Both the position numbers and the translations under genes were made by a program. A DNA stretch of 64,000 nucleotides. It comes from Podarcis tiliguerta. Lineage: Eukaryota. The stretch lies in the NCBI GenBank assembly GCA_965153285.1, contig OZ229110.1; one strand, 5' to 3'. Positions 42,401-54,400 of the stretch are shown in pieces (within the stretch, counting starts at the first letter, position 1; each line of letters opens with the position of its first letter). The notes below the pieces were generated by a model, which was not told the DNA's origin, searched no databases, and saw only the letters and a list, made by a program, of their open reading frames with translations.

Positions 42401-45400
42401 GTGCAACTAATTTTAATTAGTTTTGGAGTTTAAAAACATGAAAAGAGGGCAAGATAGCCAGCAAATATTCCTTACAATGAATGGAGAATGCAAAGTTGGG
42501 GACATCTCAGTTGTACGTCAATGTCAAATAATCCTGAAGATGTGCACTAGGATTATAGTTTGGACCTAATAAGTCCAGCTACTAAGGAGGAAGAGCCAAT
42601 AATATTTAGATCCATGAAGGAACAGCATTTTAATTTAATACATTTTAAAATAAAGCATGCTCACCCTGTGAGCTCAAAATGTGCCTGCGAAATAAAAGTA
42701 CCATATAACTAATTTTAAAGGCCCATTCCAAGTAAACTTTCCACTTGTGTTTTCCAGGTCAGCAGTCCTGCATAGAAAACCTTTTGTGAAGTGTCTTTCA
42801 ACAACTAGCGTATTTGTAGTAGGACATGACTATTTAAAAGGGAGAAAAACAATCAGAAGTCTTAGGTGTGCTACAATAACCACAATTTTGTTTAGCTGGA
42901 AAACATTGTACTGTATAAGGGTTCTGGTGAAGCCAGATAAATCCTTTCCACATACTAGCAAAGAATTTTATTACAGCTCTTATTTTTATTTATCAAAAAC
43001 ACTTATATCCTATATTTCTTTGTGCAGTTTAAGGTGGCTAAAAACAGAAATAATAAAAGTGCAAGGAAAACCAATTAAATTGAAGAAAAATGAACAAAAA
43101 GTAATAAGGGACAAATGAAAAACATCAGAAGTAAAAAAATATCAGAAACAGAGTAAGACAATAAGGTAGCCCAGGCTACTGATCTATAATGTTACAACTG
43201 TGGCTTTTAAGCATCCTACCCCACAAGGTATCATTTCTGCACTGGTGTGTCTACAAAGGAACTCCTGCATGTTTCACAGCATTCTGAGGTGCGTTCTGTT
43301 GCACACACTAAGTTGTTGAGTGGTACCAATCACGCTCTTAGCCCCACAAGCTAAGAGTGGCTATGAAACCATGAATACGAAACACATTGCAGAATATTCA
43401 ATATTGGCATAATGCTTTTCATGTAGCTTATCTTCCATTACTGATTTTCTAGGAATACAGTTTGAAAATCACTGCATTATAAATATACTTAGAATGATAG
43501 TTCAGTAATAGAACGTTTGTAGGCAGATGAAGAACACCGTTTAATTTAACTGAAGTAGCAACAAAAATGCTAAGGCTATCCTATATTCTTGCATTCACAT
43601 TTACAAATTGTGATGCTCTGTACAAACAATGAAACAGACACCTAAGCAGTCATCGCAGATGATGGTGTATACTGGGTGAATGGAATGGGTTTTTCCCCTC
43701 TACACAAGACAACTGTAAGAATAAGAAGTCACATGAAACGGCCCACACTTTCGCAAACTGTGAGCAGAACAATAGACTGTGATCACTTTAATGAATATAC
43801 ACTGCAAGAAAATCTGTAAAACGTAAGCCTTGCAAGTATGTTACTGCAAGATATATCAGAACAACATCATTTTTGGCAAAAGGTAGTTTTGAATTTTTAA
43901 AAGTAGTTTACAGTCTTAAAAAAAACATACAAGACAACTGTACCTGCAGATCTCCAGGGAAACGACTTTTCAGTAGAGCTATAGAAAAGAAAAGAAACAC
44001 AATATCTTCAATTCCTTTCAAATGTTTTCCCCACCCCTTTTGTTTTATAAACACATAGCACAATCAGCAACCTATTGGTGGATGGCTCCCACTAGAGTTC
44101 AACAGAGTACGATTTCTCCCTTCTACGCCCTTGGTATATGCTCACTGATAAGTGTTCCAGGGCGGCTGGGGAATGGCACCTCCTATATCTGCATTCAGTT
44201 CTTCTCTTTCACTCAGTCATATTGTGAGACACCCCCTACACACAGTAACTAATAAGTGAGATGACTGGATGTATGTATGACAGGCCCACAATGACCTCCC
44301 ATTCCATCTCCAAAATTATCCACTACATTGCCTGCATACGTTGAACCTTACAGGGCTTTGGGGGATGCCTCTCCACATGGGTGCATAATACGAAACAGAA
44401 CTGATTCCACACAGCCAGTCACTCAAACCTGCAATCCTTTGCAATCAAGGGAAATGTAGAAGACGCAACCTTGGTTGAAAGGGATTCTCCATTAAGAACA
44501 GCGGATGACAAAATCATGAGAACCTTGTTGTGCATATGGTGAAGAAATCTCCAATGAAGCAAAGGAAGACACCTGCTCACCCACAGCTCTAGATGCACAC
44601 TCAAACATGTGCAGAACAACAGGTCTGGTGTGTCATCAGCTGTATCACTTATATTAATTGTTTGTGTGAAATTAACACAGTGTTAGGAATGCAGTAATAA
44701 ATTATAAACCATCATTCTAAAGTTAAGCACCTTTAATGTTCTTTCAGTTTCAAGGCAGATTACAACCATATTTTTCACCAGCTATTTTATTTTTATTTTT
44801 TTTAAAAAAGCAGTATTCCAAAATTTTTCACTGCACGAACGTGATTCAATTATGTAAATGTGTTTACTCTTTATGCTAGAACCTTTTGTTACTACAATTA
44901 TGCTTTTAAAGAATCCAATTTCAAAATCAGTTTCGCTCAGTTGACAATATGTATCAAACTACATACATGACATACACAGAAGTAAATAATCACATTAAAT
45001 GTTTAGATCTATTTACATGTCAAAGTAAAATTAGAAAGAAAACCACTTAATTTATTTTGACTTTATTTATGGACTGGCAGTCAGTGCAAGAAAATATTTT
45101 GGTGCCGCACTTTCTCATGCATAAATCCATACAAATGTGCTCCCCTTTTATATACATTCAATACCAAACTTTCCACAAGGAAGGCACTAATAAGAACAGA
45201 ATGAAAGGCAATGTGGAGAGTTTCTGCTCACTTCTGTTAACTGCATTAAGATTAGGAGTCAAATCTCCAATATAAAAGTTAACTGTGCCTGATATAAATG
45301 CCTTGGTAACATTTACTGGGAGAATTCTTTGGCACAGCATTTCAGCACTTTCAGTCTAAATTATCACTTCCACCCAGGGCATTTCTGGAATTGTCAAGGC

Positions 45401-48400
45401 AACTAACGAGAAAGAATGGTCACAGCCTCTCCAGCAGATCGATAATACCTATAGATATGAATCTTCATCACTCCCTACTCAAATATTTTTGATGGGCTTA
45501 ACCAATATCTGAGAGATCTAATGATCTCATGAGAAGATGCATTTCTGAATAAGAATGCTATTACAATTGCAATGCTAGCTGCTAACTGAAATGTGGCATC
45601 TGTAGCTTAATTACATGCACCCAAAACGAATGAACAAAAAAAAAACCCTCTCATTAACTGAGGCCTTTTGTCTTTCAAATACAGCCATTGGTGCTGAACA
45701 AATTACCCTGTATAGTTATGGATCAAATTCAGGAAGATGTGTGGTGTCTGAAGGAGCAGCCAAAGGATTTCAGGTACGCAAGGAATGGACCAAAGCTATG
45801 CTAAACTGTTACATTTCCAGCAGAGATGTCCCTCTGATGGCTTATCACCCTCTCCTTCCTCTCAGATTTCCTGTTTTCTTGCTCTTCATTTATAAATAAA
45901 TTGGGAAGTTGCATATGCACAAATATGAGAGAGGGGGAGAATGTGAGAAAGAAGGACCACTGCCATATCTGCAGTGGTGTCATCTTGTTTACACAAGAGA
46001 AGATGTATCTTAAAATTTGATGCATGGTGATACGTTTCCAGCAAAAACTGGGGGTGGGTGGGAGAAAGGTGCACATTTCCAATACCCCCATGACTAGCAA
46101 GTCCACAGGTATCCCAACCACCAAGGAAAGGCAACCAGATATCAGAAATTGATTGCCATGTGTCATAACAGTATTTTTCACTCATTATGTGCATGAGGTA
46201 TGACTGCCACATAAGGAGGCAGTGATGCACCAAAAGGTCTGAGACTCTGTGCAACTCAACAGGCATGGATTGGCATGGTTTGTATTAAAAGGTGTGCAAG
46301 CATTTATTCGCCCGGTATATTTACTAACCGATTCAGCAGACAAGAGACAACCCAAGCTATGCCCAGCTAAAGTGAAAATAATCAGTTTATTACCTATATA
46401 GTAGGCAAGCATGGGACTGCTAGTTTTGATTTTGTACTGTGGGAATATTCGAGGTTGTTGTTTTTTTAACTGTGTAGTTCTGCTCTAAGCCCATCAACAC
46501 CTACACCCCAGATGGGTCTTGTTAACTGAGTAAAGCATGACCTTCTATCATTGCACAGTGTGACAGAATTTCTAGCAGTTGCATCACAAAAAGTGTTGTT
46601 ATAAGATTTATTTCTGAAAGGTTGCCATATTAAATACAGAGGCAAAGGGAAGATGGACCAGGTCATTTCATTTGCTGACTCATTTGCTATATAAAACAGT
46701 CATTTTCAAATCCAGGAACACAGTTCACCCCCAATTACAACATGAGATCCTCTTTATTTAAAATAATAATAATGTGTCCATTGTTTTTCACGTCTCCTTT
46801 AACCTCTGAAAAAAGACCCTTTTAAAAAAGGGATGGGGAACTTATCATTGGCACATGTTGGACTGTGACCAATGTAGCTGGATTCTACCAACATGTGGGG
46901 GGGGGGGCACACACTACATGCTTTCCACCTCCGCTTCAGAACTAGTGGAATGGTACAATCTTAGGTCATGACACAACCCCTTGTAGGTCCTGACCCATAA
47001 CCTGAAAACCAAAGCTGTAATGTTTGCTTAGGCAGCCCATCAGATGCTTGTCCCTGACGATAAAAACAGGCCTATTTTAAAGGCTAACAGCTGCCCCTTT
47101 CTTCCTCTTCCGCCCCATAAAACTCACAGACTGGAAAAAACAGCTTATGTAATTCATATAAAAATGTAATAAGTGCAACAGTCACTTAATGAATACTGTA
47201 TAAAACAAATGGGATGTGTATGCTAAAATACATTTAGATGGATTATAGTACAATGGCAGGCTTCGGGGCTGGAATGACAGTGGAGAAGGCATATATAATA
47301 AAGAACACCTCATTAACCTTTAGAAAATGAACAAAATTTCTTAGCCAAACATATCCCATTTAATGCTAAAGACACAACCAATTAATTCTGAAAATCGGCA
47401 AAAATATTTTAATAGACGTATTAAAAAGAGAATTTCCAAAGGATATATACACACTGCTTTTCGAAATTACCTTAATACTCACTTACATGGTATCTAGATT
47501 GCTGAATTGATAGGGAAAGTAATTTTTATTGTTACTACACGATGGAGTATGAACGAATATCACTTCCTCTATTTGCAAAGTTCAAGGGTAAGTGCTGTCT
47601 AAAATGGCACAATTCACAACCAAGAGGAAGGCACTGCAGCCTGCGGGGGAGGGCAAAGGTTTGCAGAAACAGAAATAAAAAATGGCCTCAAAAATCCCTA
47701 AGAGGGGGGGAATCCCAAAACAGCCCAGAGAGGGTTGAGCATGTTCAGTAGCCACGAAACAATGACTCAGTCAGAAAGGAAATACAGTGGTACCTTGGGT
47801 TACAAACACCTCGGGTTACAAACACTTCAGGTTACAGACTCCGCTAACCCGGAAGTAGTACCTCGGGTTAAGAACTTTACCTCAGGATGAGAACAGAAAT
47901 CATGTGGCGGCAGCGGGAGGCCCCATTAGCGAAAGTGCGCCTCAGGTTAAGAACAGACCTCCGAAACGAATTAAGTTCATAACCAGAGGTACCACTGTAT
48001 GGAAAGGAGGGGCTGGAATCGTTTGGATGGGTCAATGTGTCTGGTGAAAAGGAAGGTATGCTTGGGCATCAAACCACAATGCCTCTCACCAGTGACTGGA
48101 TAAGCTCTGCCACAAGCAGTTCACGCCATGGTGAACCTCAACAATGGTCAACCCCGGCTGTCAAACTACAGTCATCAACCAGCAGGTGTGCTGGTTGTTG
48201 ATCGTGTGGAGGCCAATGCCTGTGCCAAACCTTTTGCACTGTGATCAATAAAATTGTGCCCTAATTTGATCCAACACCAGTTTGTGTATGTCGTCATTTC
48301 TGCCTGCTCCTGTACCCTTCCAACTCACTTGGGTCTGCCATGTAGATCTTTCGGAACTGATGTTATGATTCCTTCCAACTATATCACTTAATGTCCTACT

Positions 48401-51400
48401 GCCACATTTTGCACTAATTGAAGCTTTTAGGTTGTCTTCAAGGGTAGCCCCACAGTGATCCCTTTGGGAAGTTACTAGACTGCGGATAACTGTGGCAAGA
48501 CTACTCATGTCCAGAAATGGTTGTAGCTGCTGAAGCTGGTTGAAAGGCACTCCATGACACTGAGTTCCCCTGAGCATTCAGTGACAAGGCTGAATCCAGT
48601 ACAACTCCAAGCTACAAGTTTTGGCTACCAGCCCCTGATTGCGCTGCTGTACAGAAAGTGTTGCCCTTTAAGATCCCTTAAGGGGATTCCCCATTGGGCT
48701 GGTACAGGATGCTCCTCCTTACTAAGGAGTCTGTTTGCTTCCAAGTCCGTTCAAGTTTCTGGTAGCTTACCTTTGAAGCCTTAAATGACTTGGCACCCAA
48801 ATACTTGAAGGAGCACCTCACCCTATACTACCTTTCTGTGTCTCTGGGTGAAGTTTGTTATGCATCAATGAAGGATAGAACCACCTCTGTGGTGGCACAA
48901 CCTTCTCTGTGGTGGTGTCCTGTCTTCCTTGTAATGGTACAACTGGTGCAAAGCATTACATTCATTTTGGTGCCATGTCAAAATTCTCTTATTCACCCAG
49001 GCATTTTAACATTTGAGATTTTGTTTTTTGTTCTGCTTTGTTCATCTAGGTTGTTGTTGTTGTTTTATAATGATGGTATCTTTAGATTTAATTGCATTAT
49101 ATTTTTAAATTTTATTTTAGTATATGCACACTGCTCTGGAATCTTTATAGATGAAGGCTGGGCTAGAAGCATTTCAAATCAATAAATCTATGCAACCCTG
49201 GTCCATGTTGCATAGCTCAATATAGAGGCCCTGTGGTGTGGGGAAGTTCTTTATGCAGATTTATAGAAGCATAGGACCTATATATTGTGATATGCATTAG
49301 ACTGTCTAAAAAGCCTTCATGATTTGGCCTTTTCATCCCATGTCTTTAGGCGCCAGACAAAAACATCTGTCCATAACCAGGCCTTTGGCTGATTAAACCA
49401 TCTATGGCCTTTTAAATCTGTTTTTAGGGGCATAAAGGTTATTGGTTTTTTATTTAATTGTAGTTTTCATTTTGTATTTTTGTGTTGTGAACCTCTCTGT
49501 CATGTTCAGATGGTGGTATACAAATTTAATAAATAACAGTAACAAACAAACAAACAAACAAACAAACAAAAATAATTCCCCAATAACATAACACATTAAC
49601 AAAATGCTTTTCAGAAGGATGAAGATATTCAGATGATGGGTATATTCACTGGACCAAACCCCACTACATTAAGGTATACATTCAGGTATGTCAAGCATTC
49701 AGATAATATGCTGAATGTCTGGCTAGAACTTTTTCAACCAATACACACAGAGACAGCTGAGGTATTCAGTTTTTGGATCTTTCCAAATACAGTACTCAAT
49801 TTATTGAGTTTAACACTTCACTGGCCTACTGCAGGAGTTCTTTACTTCCAATATAAATCAAAATAATGTTCTGTTTTTATTGGTGTGGAACAAGAAATGA
49901 TCGGCTACAAATAACAAAATAAACTACCCCACTAGTTTTGGAAGCTATTCAGTCTGAATTCTTCATAATGCCACAGTATTAGGTTTGTTGCAGCCAGCTT
50001 GAATGCTTCAGTTTAATAGGAACACTGGGTAAATTACCTAAAGCATAAATGCTCTACAGGAGATTTAGATATACATTTTTAATTCCAGCTGGTGGGGACC
50101 ATTACAATTTGGATTTTTACATCCCAGAGGAAATTGACTTGTGGCATAAAATGTTTGTGAACAGAATGGCAATGAGTAGAAGTAATTAAAAATGGCTGCT
50201 TCAAGAGCTCTGCTTCGGTGAACTGCTCCAAATAAACTGCACTTCTAGAGATGTACTTCTCCAGTATTCACTGGCTGGAACTGGCCAGGTGTTTACTGTA
50301 CTCTTCCTATACTTCCTCTTTTAAAGCAAGCATAATAATAACAATAACAATAACAATAAAACCTATAAGCTTTCATACAAGACTTTATATTTCAATCTGT
50401 GACCAGCACACTTGGCTTAAGAGACAACCCTTTTCTGATATTAGCTAAGAACATTTATTGTGTCTTTGCGTAAATGAGCATATAGGCCATTACATTTCAT
50501 TTCAATCCAACCATCGATGAAACATGGGGAAGTTTCAGAGATGGAAGGCTTGAAAGCTGGCTCCAAAACCAATCTAACTACTCCTTTACAAATCTTGGGT
50601 TGCTGGGAGACTTGAGATCAGGGAAAAAATAGCGTGCGCTGAGGACAATCACAAGATACAGAAAAGGGAAGCGAAACGGCTTCATTGGGCTCGATGGAAT
50701 CCAATAAAGCATGACATTGTCCAAGAAAGGTAAAAAAAGGGGCTTCTCTGAGGAACACTCAGAGGTGGAAGAGAATAGTGGGGGGTGGGGACACATAATA
50801 AACTACTTTACTAAGACCTAAACCGTCTAGGGTTTTTCCAGACCTCACTATTTTTGAGTGAGCGGTCCTTTGTTGATGCATGCAACAGACCATAGACAGC
50901 TGTAAAGGGGGAATTGGAGACATTTTGTGGAAGGTGGCCATTAGCCCAAAGGACTCAAAATTGAACATCCACATACAGAACGACACTGGATATTAGTTTC
51001 AAGGAAAGGGTAACTGGGTGATAAGAAGAGCAATCATCATGCTCAAACCTGGCTGCAACAGGGTGTTTGGAAGCGAGCCTACTATTTATCAGCCCCAGAG
51101 GCTGCAGCACAGGTAGCATTCAGGCTTTAAGCAAAAGTCTAGCCTTTAGTCAAAAGTTTGCTATGTTTGGACTCTTCCACTCCTAGTATGTGTATATGCA
51201 ATGTAAGCACTGATGAACAAGAACAGTCCCTGGCCGCCTGCTTTGAATCTGTTTGTACATATTTTGTATGCCTGATGCATACAGCAGCAAATAGCTATGG
51301 TCACTATCTTCAAGAGTTAAAGTACAATAACTTTCAGGAGTTGAAGTTCAAATACAGCTGCTGAAATATTATTAAGACTCATATACGATTCACATTTATA

Positions 51401-54400
51401 AAATATGAAGCAACTCAGGAAAAGCAATAGTCCACAGAAATTTGCTTGGCTTAGTACCCAGGACTTGCTGCACATCCCTTTCCCTCTGGCACATGTAAAA
51501 GGCGCAATAGGGTCTCTTGCTTCTTGCTTCTGAGGTTCAAAGAAGGCAAAATGCCTACTGTTTCTTGACTCCTCCATACCACAGCAGAGTGAAAGCCAGG
51601 GGAAGGGGATGTAAGCTGTGAAGTGTCCTAGCAAGAAGAGCCTCAGAGGATGTGGCCTTTTGTAAGCAGATGCCTGGACACCTGCTTAATTGCCAAATTC
51701 AAGATTTGAGATATGCACCGGGGGGGGGGGGCAGTGAGTGCATCAGAAACCGAGCAAAGGTATAACCAAAGCTCTTATGACTATATCCAGGCTTCCTCAA
51801 AAGCGGCCCTCCAGATGCTTTGAGACTACAATTCCCATCATCCCTGGCCACTGGTCCTGCTAGCTAGGGATCATGGGAGTTGTAGGCCAAAAACATCTGG
51901 AGGGCCGAGTTTGAGGAAGCCTGACTATATCTATTTTAGAAATGCATTACAAATAAAAACATGTTTAGTGACTGAAAGAGGGCTACAATAGGAGTTAAAA
52001 AACTAGTGCTGCAATCTCACACTCCCTAATTATTTAGACCTGTGGCTGATGAGGTGCAAAGGGTGCCATTGGACACTGCTATTGCTTCCTTGCCAGCACT
52101 TGCTTAATTCACTGGGGGAGAATTAGAGGCTCGAGTGACTGTAATGGAAGAGTGAGTCAAATGTCTGAGCCATAAGTTGAGACATTTCAGAAGTGATGTC
52201 TAATGCTAGTTGGCAAAGAAGAATACGGATTCCCTGGTTCTTCACTGCAACCTGTTGTGTTACCTATTACCTTTATACACAGCGGATCTCAAATGTTGTT
52301 TCTACCACTGTATGATACTATTAAGAGCAGCCTTCCTCAATCAGTGGCTCTTCAGATGTTGCTGTACTACAACCTCCATAAGCTGCACACATTTGGGTCA
52401 GGGATGATGGGAGTTGCCGGTCAAACCATCTGGAGGTCACCAGATTGGGAAGGCTGCTGTACAGCATCTACTCAAACCCAGAAAACTAACTGTCATTTGA
52501 ACATATTTAAAAGGCAATGTAGCAAAGACTGATTTCCCTGATAGTTGTGCATCAAATCTGCTTTTGATTTCAAGCATACCACTGAATGTCTTAAACACAG
52601 GTTCCATGGGAGTAATTAAAATGTTTCTGTGTTTTGGATGAAGGGTGGTACACAATCTTATTTTTTAAAAAAATTATATACATCATTGAGAGCGAGGCCT
52701 ACCAAACAGAATAGGTGTTGTGAATATCCAATCAGTTAAGCAGTTTGCCAAGAGCGTGTAGCACAATTTGTAGGAAATAAGTGCAACAGAACGCTCCCGC
52801 ACTTGTGATTTCCAGCATACTACCTCGGACATTGGAGGAATAACATAGCCTTATCCTCCATCTGTCCAATCCTCTTTTAAAGTTATACATCTTGGTCACC
52901 ATTCACTACACCAGTGTGAAGTAGTACCTCCTACAGGCTAGTTTATGAGATGTACCATTTGATTGCATTGTGATGCTGTGTTTAGCTTCAAATTGTAACT
53001 AAGGAGGCATTTGCTCCAGCAGATTCCAGCTTCCGGAGACATCTGGCCCTAAAGGCCCCCGGATACGCTTCTAACCAAGACAGGCTGTTTCTTTTTGTAT
53101 GTAACCGCTCTAAGTGTTTAGGACTGATTTGGTGGGGATGAGAATATTTAATGAACTGTCCAATCCACAGTATGCATTTGAAATTGTAAAAGAACCCTTC
53201 GTGTTATTTATTCATCTTCCTCCAAATATAAATCTCAAATTATGTGGTAGCGAGTCCCCCCCCCCCCAATCCAAAAGATGTGCTAGAGCTAGAAAAATAT
53301 ATTAAGATGTATACAGCCTAGCAAGCACTCATCCTGGAGAAAATGTTGACCAACAAGATTTAGAGCCAAATTGCTGCTGACAAATTTCCAAGATACATCT
53401 CACTTAACGGTTTCCCTCTGGCCCGTTCCTTCCATTACTTACTGTATTATATATTATAGGAAAATATTCACAAATCGACATGTGATTTTTCAAACACTCT
53501 TACAGATTAATGCCGTCAAATGGTGAAGAAGACATGAAATATGCTAACAAGGAGACAAAAATTAATGGACAGTGACCCAGTTCAGGTGATTATTTAGGCT
53601 TAATAAGTCTAGATATAAACAAGTGTTTTGCCCATTCCAACAGACCATTCATGTAAATTGCAATTAAACCAGGAAGCCTCTAACCATAATTTCTTATTTT
53701 GTCTGAACCAGGAAACTATAATTGTCTGCTCTGGAGCAAGCTAGGATATGAAGCCATTAATTGAAGTTGGTTTAATATTAAATCAAATTTAGAACATGAT
53801 TTGACATCCTGGCTTATTCTGGAGCTGGTAACCATAGTTTCCCAGTTTGTATGAAGCAGGAAACTGCAACCAATTAGAAACATATTGTTATAACTGCAGC
53901 TCACAGAAAAGGAGGAATGAAGGGACTGCATGTGTAGGCAAAAGGCTCATTCATTTCTCTGCTTATTAAGCACCAGAGTGATTATCCAAATGTCACCATT
54001 ATCTCCACTAATTTCACATGCAATACAACTGAACAAAATATGGTGTTGTATATGCATATTTATCATCTGTCCTGTGTGTGTGGACATCATTCTAAGATGC
54101 TTTTCAATCTCTTGCACACTTAGTAACTCCATTGATTGAAAACTCAAAGAGATCACATGCGTAATGAAAGGAATACGTAGTGGGCAGCGACTTGTGCACA
54201 TTGGGCTATTTTCGTTTTATGCCAGCCACCCAGTTATCAAACCTAAACATGAACATTTCAGCCTTTCATTTCTTCTTTAAACTCTACATTGTGCCACTCT
54301 TTCCAGTGATTATGGAAATCTTGCCACTAGGTGAGCAGCTAGGTGCTTGGCTAGAAAAATAGCCGCTTCTGAATTTTTGACAGGTTACATAAAATACATG

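Noticed and set aside
548-47997. All four family A MITEs share one orientation
   Set aside because: Probability 1/8 by chance; not significant.
50578-50986. Minus-strand ORFs in repeat-free intron ~3 sequence
   Set aside because: No homology or splice context that I can recognise; may be conserved non-coding DNA, but that needs an alignment.
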